Counted from the first letter of the whole stretch, positions 10,341 through 21,840 are shown. The stretch: 63,873 nucleotides of DNA, filler included, from 8 parts of 8 records of this genome joined end to end with filler, not necessarily neighbours in it; one strand, 5' to 3'. Numbers and translations are program-made. Notes: generated by a model not told the origin, from the sequence alone.

Positions 10341-10850
10341 ATGAGAGTTACTTTAAGAAAACTGGCTTTCGCCGGCGCGGCGATGGCGGGTCTCACGTGG
10401 GCGACTTCGGCCATGGCCGCGACCGAACTACGCATCACCTGGTATTCGGACGGCAACGAGGGCGAGGTCGTCCGCGATCTGCTCGACCGTTTCGAGAAAC
10501 AGAACCCGGATATCAAGGTCATCGTCGACAACGTCGCCTACAAGGCGATCATGGAGAGCCTTCCGGTGCAGCTGGCGGCCGGAAAAGGCCCGGATATGGC
10601 GCGCATCACCGATTTGGGCGGCTTGTCCAAATACTACCTCGACCTGACGCCGTATCTGTCGGATGCCGGTTATTGGCGGGACAATATCGGACCGTTCTTG
10701 CAATGGTTCCGCAAGCCGGGGGATACCAAGGAAATCCACGGCTTCATGACGCAGTTGACCCTGACCGGACCGTTCATCAACAAGACCCTGTTCGATCAGG
10801 CCGGTGTCGCCATCCCCGGCGAAGGCGCCACCTGGGACGACTGGGCGGCC
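10341..10850 (+). CDS. Sugar ABC transporter substrate-binding protein (3' truncated)
   Basis: GGAGG RBS, signal peptide ending AMA-A, FEKQNPDIKV, GPDMAR, NKTLFDQAGV, TWDD. Confidence 0.9.
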
Positions 10851-10950
10851 NNNNNNNNNNNNNNNNNNNNNNNNNNNNNNNNNNNNNNNNNNNNTTAATT
10901 AATTAANNNNNNNNNNNNNNNNNNNNNNNNNNNNNNNNNNNNNNNNNNNN
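10851..10950. other. Artificial contig linker
   Basis: N44-TTAATTAATTAA-N44 (stops in all six frames); GC content shifts across it. Confidence 0.99.
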
Positions 10951-10951
10951 C

Positions 10952-11284
10952 AACCAGGTAAAAACCTACAACAGTAATTGGTTCTCGTATTTTATCAACT
11001 ACGATCCATACCCAGCATTAAGCAAGGTTCAATGTCCGGTGCTGGCATTAATTGGAGAAAAAGACACACAAGTGCCTGCAAAAATAAATCTAGAAGCCAT
11101 TGAAAAAGCCTTAACAGAAGGCGGAAATACGAATTTTTTATGTGTTGAACTAACAGGATTGAATCATCTTTTCCAACAGTGCGATACTGGTTCAGGGCTG
11201 GAATATGGAAAAATTGAGGAAACCATCTCTCCTCGTGTACTGGAAATGATAAACGACTGGATTCAGGAAGTTTGTTCACAATAA
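10952..11284 (+). CDS. Alpha/beta hydrolase, C-terminal fragment
   Basis: Frame open from the fragment edge: WFSYFINYDP..CPVLALIGEKDTQV...GLNHLFQ (catalytic Asp/His motifs). Confidence 0.8.
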   Translation, partial: NQVKTYNSNWFSYFINYDPYPALSKVQCPVLALIGEKDTQVPAKINLEAIEKALTEGGNTNFLCVELTGLNHLFQQCDTGSGLEYGKIEETISPRVLEMINDWIQEVCSQ

Positions 11285-11345
11285 ACATCAACCACTTTTC
11301 AAGCAAAACGGGAATCGTTATATTTGGAGACTCTTGCGAAATATT

Positions 11346-12650
11346 ATGTCAACAAAAAAACGAATTCTAAGCATCCTTTTCTGGTCCATAGTTTCGGCAG
11401 CCTTTATTGGCCCCGGAACCATCACCACTGCTGCAAAATCAGGAGCAGCATTTGGTCCCGACTTATTATGGGCTTTACTTTTTTCAACCCTGGCATGTTT
11501 ACTGCTTCAGGAAGCAGCTGCCCGCTTAACCATAGTTTCAGGCAAAAACCTGGGACAGGCCATCGTTCACCAATTCGAAAAAAGCAAATCAAAATTATGG
11601 GTACTTTTTCTGATACTTGGTGCTATTGTGTTAGGGGCAGCCGCATACGAAATGGGAAATTTGCTGGGTGCAGTTGCCGGCTTTCGTTTAATAGTTGATG
11701 TTCCTGCTTTTGTTTTGGTATTGTTTATCGGAGCTGTTGCAGCCATCATTCTGAATATCCCTTCGTTAAAGATCATCTCAACCATTATGGGATTTTTGGT
11801 TGTTTTAATGGGCATCGGATTCCTGCTTACTGCAATAATGGTAAAACCCGAGATCTCTTCCATTTTTAAAGGAGCTTTTATTCCATCTCCTCCATCCTCT
11901 ACTGAAGCAGGAATATTGGTGATTGGTTTAATCGGAACCACTATCGTCCCTTACAATTTATTTTTAGGATCAGGGATCTCCAGCAAGCAACAAACCATTG
12001 GCCAAATGCGATTTGGGATAGCCATAGCCATTTTACTTGGTGGATTGTTTTCTATGGCAGTGCTCATTGTTGGCACATCAGTAGTTGGCAAATTCTCTTT
12101 TGAAGAGCTGGCGCTGGCACTGCAACAAAAAATTGGGCCAATGGGTAAATACCTGTTAGGTTTTGGCTTGTTTGCTGCCGGATTTACATCGGCAGTAACT
12201 GCTCCGCTTGCAGCAGCAATTACTTTAAAAAGTTTATTCGGGAACAAAAATCCCGAGAAATGGGCACCAAACACTTTAAATTTCAAACTGGGCTGGCTGG
12301 TTGTTTTAATTATTGGTGTTGGTTTTGCCATTGGAAATATTAAACCTATTCCGGCCATAATACTTGCACAGGCATTAAATGGTTTTCTTCTTCCCTTTGT
12401 CAGCATTTTTCTTTTTATTGTTATCAATAATCATTCAATTACCAAAGGAGAAACCAATCCTGTTTCCCTAAATATTTTAATGATACTGGTTATATTTATT
12501 ACCCTCATACTGGGATTAAACAGTGCAAGCAAAGCTTTTTATTCCACCTTCCTGCCAAATTCGCAACCAGTTGAGTATTTGTTGGCAGTTATTGCTTTTG
12601 TAGCCCTGGTAATTACCGTTTGGGTTTGGATAAAAGGGAGAAAGAATTAA
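11346..12650 (+). CDS. NRAMP-like (YcsG-type) transporter
   Basis: About 11 hydrophobic segments; AAFIGPGT, LQEAAARL, GLIGTTIVPYNLFL; lacks the canonical DPGN metal motif. Confidence 0.82.
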   Translation: MSTKKRILSILFWSIVSAAFIGPGTITTAAKSGAAFGPDLLWALLFSTLACLLLQEAAARLTIVSGKNLGQAIVHQFEKSKSKLWVLFLILGAIVLGAAAYEMGNLLGAVAGFRLIVDVPAFVLVLFIGAVAAIILNIPSLKIISTIMGFLVVLMGIGFLLTAIMVKPEISSIFKGAFIPSPPSSTEAGILVIGLIGTTIVPYNLFLGSGISSKQQTIGQMRFGIAIAILLGGLFSMAVLIVGTSVVGKFSFEELALALQQKIGPMGKYLLGFGLFAAGFTSAVTAPLAAAITLKSLFGNKNPEKWAPNTLNFKLGWLVVLIIGVGFAIGNIKPIPAIILAQALNGFLLPFVSIFLFIVINNHSITKGETNPVSLNILMILVIFITLILGLNSASKAFYSTFLPNSQPVEYLLAVIAFVALVITVWVWIKGRKN

Positions 12651-12712
12651 AAAATTGAAGTAACACTATTCAGATTGTTTTTTTTAACAAGTTAGTTTAG
12701 TATTGACAAGAT

Positions 12713-15700
12713 ATGAGTGAATCAAAATATTTTCAACTTTTTGTAGACACCGGTGGTACTTTCACCGATTGTATAGGAATCGACCACCACGGAAAAAAAC
12801 ACCGACAAAAGGTTTTAAGCAGTAGCAGCTTACGAAGTACAATCAAAAAGGTAATTTCTGAAAAAGAGTTTCAGGTAAAAGACAACTGGAACCTAACAAG
12901 AGACATTTTAAAAGGATTTACTTTTCGTTTGCTAAACGAACAATATTCTTCCCTAAAAATAGAATCGTTTGATACAGAAACCAGAATTATCAGTCTGAAT
13001 CAACCGGTAACGAATTGCGATTTAACCGGCCACAATTTTGAAATTACCAGCCATGAAGAAGCACCGGTTTTGGGAGCTCGGTTAATCACTCAAACTGGTT
13101 TGGATGAAAAATTTCCTGACCTTCAATTAAAACTCGGATCAACAAAAGGCACAAATGCCCTTCTTGAAAATAAAGGAGCCAACACACTTTTTATTGTGAC
13201 AAAGGGTTTTGCAGATCTTTTAAAAATAGGGAATCAAAGCCGCCCCGATATTTTTGCCATGTCCGTAAAAAAGCCTCAGCAGCTTACTTCACAGATTCTG
13301 GAAGTTGATGAACGTATAGATTCAAACGGAAATGTCTTAATTCCGCTTAATACTAATGACCTTTTGCAGCAAATAAATGCTTTAGATTGCCATAAAATTG
13401 AATCGGTTGCCATTGCATTAATGAATGCTTATGTTAATCCTGCTCATGAACAACAAATTACAGAATTGCTTCAAAAAAAAGGATTTCAGTTTGTTTCGGA
13501 CTCAACAGGTTTATCCCCACTGATAAAAATATTGAACCGAGCCGAAACCACCGTTGTAAATGCATACCTCTCTCCTATCATTCGCAATTACGTTAACCGG
13601 ATTTCAAAGCGAATTGGTGAACAATCGTTTCAGATTATGACCAGCGCAGGAGGTTTGGTGCAAGCCAACAATTTTCATCCGAAAGACAGTTTATTAAGTG
13701 GGCCTGCCGGAGGAGTTGTGGGTGCGCGAAAAATTGGCAAACAAAGTGCCTGTACCAAACTAATAACTTTTGATATGGGCGGAACCAGTACCGATGTTTC
13801 GCGTATAGATCGGGAATTTGATTACCGTTACGAGCTGCAAGTGGGTGATGCCAAAATCAACAGCCCTGCTATTGCCATCGAAACGGTTGCTGCCGGGGGT
13901 GGTTCGATCTGTGGTTTCGATGGATATAAACTTTTTGTTGGCCCCGAAAGTGCAAGTGCATATCCTGGCCCAGCATGTTACGGTGCAGGTGGCCCCCTAA
14001 CCATCACCGATGTAAACCTGCTTTTAAACCGGCTTGATGCCAGCCAGTTTGGCATACCCATTTTTAAAGCCGATGCTGAAAAAAGACTGCAGGAACTCAT
14101 TTCTAATATCGAAAAAACCAGTGGTAAGAAACATGCTAAAAATTCAATTTTAACTGGGTTTATCGATATTGCCAATGAAATAATGGCAGGAGCAATCCGA
14201 AAAATATCCATCTCGAAAGGATACGATCCAAAAGACTTTGCTCTGGTTGCATTTGGTGGAGCCGGAGGATTACATGCCTGCGACATCGCAGAAATTTTAG
14301 GCATTGAAACGGTTTTGTTGCCACAAGATGCCGGCTTGTTAAGTGCCTATGGAATAGGAAATGCTGCTGTAGAACGTTTTGCGGAGAGGCAAGTTTTACA
14401 AAATCTTAAATCAGTTTCGGAAGAGCTTTCCAACTGGTTTGAAACAATTGAAAACGAAGCATCTGACAAATTGCTTAATGAAGGCTTTAAAGCCAGCGAA
14501 TTTTCCATACGACAACGAATGGTTTTCCTTCGTTTTAAAGGACAAGATTCGAGCCTTGAAATTAATTATTCGGATACAGCCCGGCTTATTACTGATTTTC
14601 ACCAACAATACGAGCGCATATATGGTCACAAGGTAAGTAACCGCGAAATTGAAGTAGAAGCTTTACGCGTAATTGCATCGGTTAAAATAAAGGCTGCAGA
14701 TATAAATCCTGAGGCACCTGCAAATTACAAACCTCAGGCTTTTAAGGTGCTTGATAATTCAATCCCGGTTTTTGTTCGGAATACCTTAAACTCCGGTGCC
14801 CGTTTTGAAGGCTCTGCTTTGTTTCTTGACAATTTTTCAACCACCTACATTAAAAAGGGCTGGACATTCAATTTGGAAAACAACGGAACGGCGATCTTGA
14901 GTTGCGATCTTGCAAAAACTGAAGTAACAAAAGAACAAACACGCGAAACTGAGTTGGAGTTGTTTACCAACCGTTTTATGGCCATTGCCGAAAACATGGG
15001 GGCCTTGTTGCAGCGAACTTCGCTGGCGGTAAACATTAAGGAACGCCTGGATTTCTCTTGTGCTTTACTCGATAAAGATGGCCGGCTGGTGGCCAACGCA
15101 CCACACATTCCGGTACATTTAGGCGGATTGGGCGTTTGTGTGCAAACCTTACTCAAACATTTTGACTTTGAAGAAGGTGACACAATTGTTACCAACCACC
15201 CGAAATACGGAGGCTCACATTTACCCGATGTTACGTTGATTACTCCTGTTTATTACGAAGGAGAACGGGTTGGTTTTGTGGTAAACCGAGCCCATCATTC
15301 CGAAATCGGTGGAATTAGCCCGGGTTCGATGCCTCCAAATGCCAAAAACCTGGAAGAAGAAGGTGTAACAATCGCTCCATTTTACCTCATTCGAAAAGGC
15401 CATCCCAACTGGGAGGAAATGAAAAGAATACTGCTCAACTACAGGTTTCCTACCCGATCGGTTGAAGAAAACCTGGCCGATTTAAACGCCGCACTGGCTG
15501 CCAATAAGAATGGCTCCGAAGCCCTCATCAAACTAATTGAGAATTATGGCAAGAAAACAGTTCAGACCTATCTGGACCTATTGCGAGAACATGCAGCAAC
15601 AAAAATGCGGGCAACGTTACAGAAATTCGATAACGGGAATTATGCTGCTACCGAATACCTGGATGATGGTTCTCCTCTTCAGGTGAATATTAAATTGAAG

Positions 15701-16018
15701 GATGGTAACTGCACCATTGATTTTACCGGAAGTTCAGCTGTACATCAGGGAAATATGAATGCTACAGAGGCCATTGTAAAAAGCGTAAGCATTTATGTTT
15801 TGCGCTTGCTATTAAACGAAACCATTCCTTTAAACGATGGCTTGCTGGAACCGGTAAAGTTTGTTCTTCCAACTGGGTTATTGAATCCTGATTTTGATGA
15901 TGATCCCGCTAATTGCCCGGCAGTTGTGGGAGGAAATGTAGAAATTAGTCAACGTTTAACCGATACTCTATTAAAAGCTTTTGGGGTAGTTGCTGCCAGC
16001 CAGGGAACCATGAATAAC
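12713..16018 (+). CDS. oplA: ATP-dependent 5-oxoprolinase (fused hydantoinase A/B), 3' truncated
   Basis: DTGGTFTD, TNALLE, SGPAGG, DMGGTSTD, AAGGGS, NIKERLDFSCA, HIPVHLG, GGSHLPD, SQGTMNN. Confidence 0.9.
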
Positions 16019-16118
16019 NNNNNNNNNNNNNNNNNNNNNNNNNNNNNNNNNNNNNNNNNNNNTTAATTAATTAANNNNNNNNNNNNNNNNNNNNNNNNNN
16101 NNNNNNNNNNNNNNNNNN
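16019..16118. other. Artificial contig linker
   Basis: N44-TTAATTAATTAA-N44. Confidence 0.99.
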
Positions 16119-16164
16119 ATGTTAAAATTAATTTCTGAATATCAATTCTTTAAATAAAGTAAAA

Positions 16165-18429
16165 ATGAATCAAACCAATTATCAACTTTTTGATTTTCTG
16201 GATTTCGACCAGGCAATGACAGGCAGTGAATGTTTGTGGAAGACCTGCGCTCCTGTGTCTGCAAAAACAGATGGTCGAGATGTTGTTTTTGAGCTCCCGT
16301 TTCAGAAACAAAAAGTTGCTAACGATATAGAACCAGACAAGGAAGTAGCCAGAAAAAATTATACGCTTAGAATACGGGCTTATGGAGATAAGATTTTGCG
16401 TACCGCCATTGGATTTAATGGTGAAACCATGTCTGATTCTTTAATGCTTGAGATGGATAAAAGTCTGGACGTGAGTTCTCTACATGTTGAAAAAACAGGA
16501 GAGGCATGGTTGGTAAAAGATAGCTCAGAAGTTGTACGGGCAAAATTAAATCGCAAACCAATTGCTACTGATCATTGGAGTGATCTTCTGCCTGAACCGC
16601 GTGAATCGCTGGAATTAAGCTTTTACCCTGATGGTAAAAAAGAAGTAAAATTAAGTGCTTATGATCAGTTTTTTCCTGCACGCCACGATGCTTATGCCTT
16701 GGCTGTGGTTGAAAAAGATGGGGAATTGGATCGTACCACCCTTTCGTTTGAAGTTGAACCGGATGAAAAGTTTGTTGGTTCGGGTGAGCGATTTGCTAAA
16801 ATGGATCTGTCGGGTCGTACTTTTCAGCTTAAAAACCAGGACGGGCAAGGTGTAAACAACCGCCGTACCTATAAAAATATTCCTTTCCTGATGTCGAGCA
16901 GGATGTATGGCGTGTTTCTGCATACTTCGTCTTACGGCAAAATGTCAGTAGCCGATCATTCATCGCGTTCTTTGCAATTTCTGGTTGAAGAACCTGCCAT
17001 TGATATTTTTTTAATTGGAGGCGAAACACCGGAAGAAGTGCAAAAAGGATACCGACAATTAACCGGATTTCCAACCATGTTGCCAAAATGGAGTTTTGGC
17101 ACCTGGATGAGTAGGATGACCTATTTTTCGGAAGAAGAAGTAAAAAATATTTGCGACCGCTTGCGCAATGAAGATTACCCCTGCGATGTAATTCATCTGG
17201 ATACCGGATGGTTTGAAACTGACTGGCTTTGCGAATGGAAATTTAACAAAGAACGGTTCCCCGATCCGAAACAATTTGTCCAGGATCTGCGAAAAGATGG
17301 ATACAAGATAAGTCTTTGGCAGCTGCCCTATATTTCGCGTGAAGCAGAACAGGAACAGGAAGCCAAAGAAAACAACTATATCTGTAAAGTAAATGAAGTG
17401 GGGCACCAGTCTGATTCCAACTTTTCGGCACTTGACTACGTCGGAACGATTGATTTTACTTACCCAAAAGCAACTGAATGGTACAAGGGGTTGTTAAAAG
17501 AACTACTGGATATGGGCGTGGTTTGTATAAAAACCGATTTTGGCGAAGAAATTCACATGGATGCTACCTACCACGAAATGAGCCCTGAAAAGTTAAACAA
17601 CATCTACGGTTTGCTTTATCAGAAAGCAGCCTACGAAATTACTAAAGAAGTTACTGGCGATGGTATAGTTTGGGCAAGGGCAGGCTGGGCAGGTTGCCAA
17701 CGCTATCCTTTGCACTGGGGAGGCGATTCTGCCTGTTCGTGGGACGGTTTGGCCGGATCGTTAAAAGGTGGCCTTCATATTGGCTTATCTGGATTTGGTT
17801 TCTGGAGCCACGATGTACCTGGTTTCCACGGCGTACCTGATTTTATGAATTCGGTCATTCCAGACGATTTGTATGTGCGCTGGACTCAGTTTGGTGTTTT
17901 CACCTCGCACTTGCGCTATCACGGAACCTCAAAACGCGAACCATATGAATACCCTGCCATCTCGGGAATTGTTCGAAAATGGCTAAAGCTGCGTTATGCG
18001 CTTATTCCATACCTAATGGAGCAAAGCGAGCTTACTACCAAAACAGGGTATCCGGTACTTCGTGCAATGCTGTTTCATCATGCCAATGATAAAATGTGTT
18101 GGCACATCGACGATCAGTATTACTTTGGTGATGATTTCCTGGTAGCTCCGGTAATGAACAGCCACAACAAACGCGATGTGTATTTGCCTGAGGGTGAATG
18201 GATAAATCTTTTTTCAGGAGAAGAATTTACGGGCAAACAATGGCTGAATAATTTTGAGTGCCCAATGGAAGAAATGCCGGTTTGGGTAAAAAAAGGAGCC
18301 AGCATTTCGGTTTATCCTCATCATGTTAGTAATACCGATGAGATAGACTTGCAAAAGGCAATCAAACTAAAAATTGATGAAAGCTATTGCGGCTTAAGAA
18401 AAAGTGAGCTTAAACACATTTGGAATTAA
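16165..18429 (+). CDS. GH31 glycosidase, YicI alpha-xylosidase-like
   Basis: GSGERF, YKNIPF, IHLDTGW, KTDFGE nucleophile motif, HWGGD, WSHDVPGF. Confidence 0.93.
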   Translation: MNQTNYQLFDFLDFDQAMTGSECLWKTCAPVSAKTDGRDVVFELPFQKQKVANDIEPDKEVARKNYTLRIRAYGDKILRTAIGFNGETMSDSLMLEMDKSLDVSSLHVEKTGEAWLVKDSSEVVRAKLNRKPIATDHWSDLLPEPRESLELSFYPDGKKEVKLSAYDQFFPARHDAYALAVVEKDGELDRTTLSFEVEPDEKFVGSGERFAKMDLSGRTFQLKNQDGQGVNNRRTYKNIPFLMSSRMYGVFLHTSSYGKMSVADHSSRSLQFLVEEPAIDIFLIGGETPEEVQKGYRQLTGFPTMLPKWSFGTWMSRMTYFSEEEVKNICDRLRNEDYPCDVIHLDTGWFETDWLCEWKFNKERFPDPKQFVQDLRKDGYKISLWQLPYISREAEQEQEAKENNYICKVNEVGHQSDSNFSALDYVGTIDFTYPKATEWYKGLLKELLDMGVVCIKTDFGEEIHMDATYHEMSPEKLNNIYGLLYQKAAYEITKEVTGDGIVWARAGWAGCQRYPLHWGGDSACSWDGLAGSLKGGLHIGLSGFGFWSHDVPGFHGVPDFMNSVIPDDLYVRWTQFGVFTSHLRYHGTSKREPYEYPAISGIVRKWLKLRYALIPYLMEQSELTTKTGYPVLRAMLFHHANDKMCWHIDDQYYFGDDFLVAPVMNSHNKRDVYLPEGEWINLFSGEEFTGKQWLNNFECPMEEMPVWVKKGASISVYPHHVSNTDEIDLQKAIKLKIDESYCGLRKSELKHIWN

Positions 18430-18462
18430 ATTAACTTTTAAGAATTTAAAGCTAGAAGAAAT

Positions 18463-19527
18463 ATGAAGACCTGGAAAAATAACCTGGAAGAAACAAAAAA
18501 AAGATACATTGACTGGTGGAATGGCAAAGGTATAATTCTAAATATGTGGGAACACCTCGAAAAAGAGGGAACACCTCATGCCAACATTTCAAAACCGGCG
18601 GCACCAACTGATTTAAAACAATATTGGTTTGATCCGAACTGGAGGGCTAAAAACCTAAACTATCAGTTATCGCGAAGTTCCTTTAAAGCAGATATTATGC
18701 CCATTGCCAATACACATTTGGGTCCTGGTTCGCTAGCCGCCATTTTAGGGGCAGAATTGGATGGCGGTGAAGATACCATCTGGATCCGTCATAAGGAAGG
18801 AACAGAAATGAACCTGCAATATGACGAGAACAATCCGATGTTAAAGCTCCATATCGATTTGTTAAAAGCCTGTAAAGCAAACGCAAAAGGAAACTACTAT
18901 GTGGGCTGTCCTGATTTGTGTGAGGGGCTCGACGTTTTAGCAAGTTTAAAAGGAACGCAGGAGACATTAATGGATATGATTATGCAACCTGATGAGTTGC
19001 AGGCACAGTTACAAACCATCAACGATATCTATTTTAAAGTCTTCGATCAGATTTATGCCATTATTGAGGAAGGTGGAGAATCTGCATTTTGTTATTTTTC
19101 CATCTGGGGACCAGGTAAAGTATCCAAACTTCAGTCCGATATTTCGATCATGATCTCTGAAGATGATTTTCGCACTTTTGCCCTGCCGTATTTAAAAGAA
19201 CAAGCACAAAAAATTGATTATACGCTTTACCATCTTGACGGGGTTGACGCGCAACGTCACCTAGATGCTTTATTGGAGATTGACGAGCTAAATGCCATTC
19301 AATGGACACCTGGTGTTGGTGAACCACAGGGAGGCAATGCATGCTGGTACGATCTTTACAAACGTATTCTGGCCGGAGGAAAATCGATTATGGCCAACTG
19401 GGTTACGCTTGATGAACTGGAGCCGCTAATTGACAACATCGGATCAGATGGATTACACATTAATGTCGATTTCAAAACAGAAAAGGACATTGATACGGCA
19501 TTAAAAATTGTTGAAAAATACAGGTGA
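18463..19527 (+). CDS. URO-D / MT2 (corrinoid methyltransferase)-like TIM-barrel protein
   Basis: LGPGSLAAILG, DVLASLKG, KLQSDISIMIS, YHLDG, IQWTPG pattern of URO-D-like proteins; no B12-binding domain attached. Confidence 0.7.
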   Translation: MKTWKNNLEETKKRYIDWWNGKGIILNMWEHLEKEGTPHANISKPAAPTDLKQYWFDPNWRAKNLNYQLSRSSFKADIMPIANTHLGPGSLAAILGAELDGGEDTIWIRHKEGTEMNLQYDENNPMLKLHIDLLKACKANAKGNYYVGCPDLCEGLDVLASLKGTQETLMDMIMQPDELQAQLQTINDIYFKVFDQIYAIIEEGGESAFCYFSIWGPGKVSKLQSDISIMISEDDFRTFALPYLKEQAQKIDYTLYHLDGVDAQRHLDALLEIDELNAIQWTPGVGEPQGGNACWYDLYKRILAGGKSIMANWVTLDELEPLIDNIGSDGLHINVDFKTEKDIDTALKIVEKYR

Positions 19528-19589
19528 GACCGGCTACAAACGCAAGCAGAGGAACTGAGATAAAGAATAAACGAATTTAAAACGGAAAT

Positions 19590-20651
19590 ATGTTACGATT
19601 GGGGATATTAGGATTAGGAGAAGGAAGAAGTACCATATCTGCAGCTTTGCAAAGTGAAAAATGGGAGCTTAAAACCATTTGCGACCGAAACGAGGAGCTT
19701 TGTAAACAACGAGCCAAGGAATTCGATTTTCACAATTATACCACCGAGTATGAGATGATGTTAAACGATCCGGAGATTGATGTGATTGGAATTTATACAC
19801 CCGATCATTTACATGCTACTCATATAAAAATGGCACTATCTCGTGGCAAACATGCGGTATGTACCAAACCCTTAATTGATAACCTGGAAGATGCAAGAGA
19901 CCTTTTGCAATTGAGCGAAAAAACAGGGAAAAAGGTATTTGTGGGGCAAAGCAGCCGTTTTTTTGAGCCTATGAAAAAGCAACGGGCAGACTTTGAACAA
20001 GGAGAAATTGGTGACCTGGTAACTGTTGAAGCGCACTACAATGCTGATCATCGCTGGTTCCTTGGAAAAGGCTGGTCTTTACAAGATTCGTTTAAATGGC
20101 TGTACGGAGGCTTAAGTCACCCCGTCGATTTAATCCGTTGGTATTTACCCAATATCGAAGAGGTGATGGGGTATGGCATGTTAAGTCCAAATGGTAAGGC
20201 CGGAGGATTAAAAAACGAAGATACCATGCATTTTATCTTCAAAACTGAAGATGGACGTATTGCCCGTGTTAGTGGCTCTTATTCAGGACCCATTCAACCC
20301 GAAGTACGCGAAAGCGAAATGACTTGCATATTAAGAGGAACCAAAGGCTGTAGCCAGGGAGATTACATGGATTTAAGATATGCCATAAGAGATAGCCAGG
20401 GAGAAAATAAAGTGCTTAGTTTTGAAGAAAAAGCCAGGTACTATTTCCGTTTTGAAGGAAAATCGCACCATGCCGGAGAATATCAAAACTATTACGAATA
20501 TTTTGCCGACTGTATAAATAAAAATAAAATCGCTTTCCCGGATTTAAAAGAAGGAATAGGAACCATTGCGGTTTTAAAAGCAATGGAAGAATCATTAAAA
20601 AAAGGAAAACCAATAAAAATTAAAGAAATACTGGGAGACATTCTCCCGTAA
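19590..20651 (+). CDS. Gfo/Idh/MocA family oxidoreductase
   Basis: GILGLG Rossmann start, IYTPDHLH, CTKPL (in place of EKP), SHPVD. Confidence 0.9.
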   Translation: MLRLGILGLGEGRSTISAALQSEKWELKTICDRNEELCKQRAKEFDFHNYTTEYEMMLNDPEIDVIGIYTPDHLHATHIKMALSRGKHAVCTKPLIDNLEDARDLLQLSEKTGKKVFVGQSSRFFEPMKKQRADFEQGEIGDLVTVEAHYNADHRWFLGKGWSLQDSFKWLYGGLSHPVDLIRWYLPNIEEVMGYGMLSPNGKAGGLKNEDTMHFIFKTEDGRIARVSGSYSGPIQPEVRESEMTCILRGTKGCSQGDYMDLRYAIRDSQGENKVLSFEEKARYYFRFEGKSHHAGEYQNYYEYFADCINKNKIAFPDLKEGIGTIAVLKAMEESLKKGKPIKIKEILGDILP

Positions 20652-20669
20652 TTAAAAAACCTAAACTTT

Positions 20670-21740
20670 ATGGATAATATTAATAGTTTTTTAAGTACGA
20701 TCGATTTTGTTGTAGTAGGAATTTACCTGCTTGTTCTGATTGGAATAGGTTATTGGGTAAGTTTCATTCAAAACGGAAAAAAAACCAAAGACGATAATCT
20801 CTTTTTAGCTGGTCACTCACTGGGTTGGTCAAGCATAGGGCTTACCATGTGGGGGACCAATGTGGGGCCATCCATGCTGATTGCATCGGCAAGTATTGGC
20901 TATACCACAGGTGTTGTAGCAGGTAACTTTGGTTGGTATGCGTTTGTTTTTATCTTGTTATTGGCTACTGTTTTTGCCCCACGGTACCTGGGGGCAAATG
21001 TTCAAACACTTCCTGAGTTTATGGGAAAAAGGTTTGGGCAGACTACCCGAAGTATTTTAGCCTGGTATACTCTTATTACGATATTGGTTTCATGGTTGGC
21101 TTTAACTTTGTTTGCTGGTGGAATTCTTGTTGGTCAGATATTGAATATGCCCTTATGGATTTCGGTATTGATTTTAATAACCATTGCGGCATTTTTTACC
21201 ATTGCCGGTGGATTGAAAGCTATTGCCTACACCAACGTTTTCCAGATGATTTTATTGATTGTTGTATCGTTAATTCTTACGGTGGTAGGTATTGTTAAGG
21301 CGGGTGGCCCGATAGCTATTTATGAGGCCACACCTGACAGTTACTGGAATTTACTCTTGCCAATGGACGATCCGAATTATCCATGGTTGGCCATTGTACT
21401 GGGGTATCCGGTAATGGGGGTTTGGTTTTGGTGTACCGATCAGTCTATGGTACAATCTGTACTTGGGGCAAAAAACCTGAAACAAGGGCAGCTGGGAGCA
21501 AACTTTACGGGCTGGCTTAAAATATTGGATGTTGCCTTGTTTATTATTCCGGGTATAACTTGTTTTGTTTTATTTCCAGGATTGTCCGATCCTGATGAAG
21601 CATATATGACAATGGTAACCCGCTTATTGCCTTCGGGGATGATAGGTATGGTTATGGCCGTGTTAATTGCTGCATTGGTAAGTACAATCGACTCGGCCTT
21701 AAATTCATTAAGTACTGTTTTTACCATGGATATTTATGTG
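20670..21740 (+). CDS. Sodium:solute symporter (SGLT-like), 3' truncated
   Basis: FLAGHSL, TLPEFMGKRF, GGLKAIAYT, WFWCTDQSMVQ, STIDSALNS. Confidence 0.93.
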
Positions 21741-21840
21741 NNNNNNNNNNNNNNNNNNNNNNNNNNNNNNNNNNNNNNNNNNNNTTAATTAATTAANNNN
21801 NNNNNNNNNNNNNNNNNNNNNNNNNNNNNNNNNNNNNNNN
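21741..21840. other. Artificial contig linker
   Basis: N44-TTAATTAATTAA-N44. Confidence 0.99.

Noticed and set aside
7431-18429. Two GH31 genes as one large glycan locus
   Set aside because: Separated by two linkers and with very different GC content.
19525-19563. TGA readthrough extending the URO-D-like protein
   Set aside because: An in-frame TAA follows after 11 codons, so no fusion or B12 domain would result.
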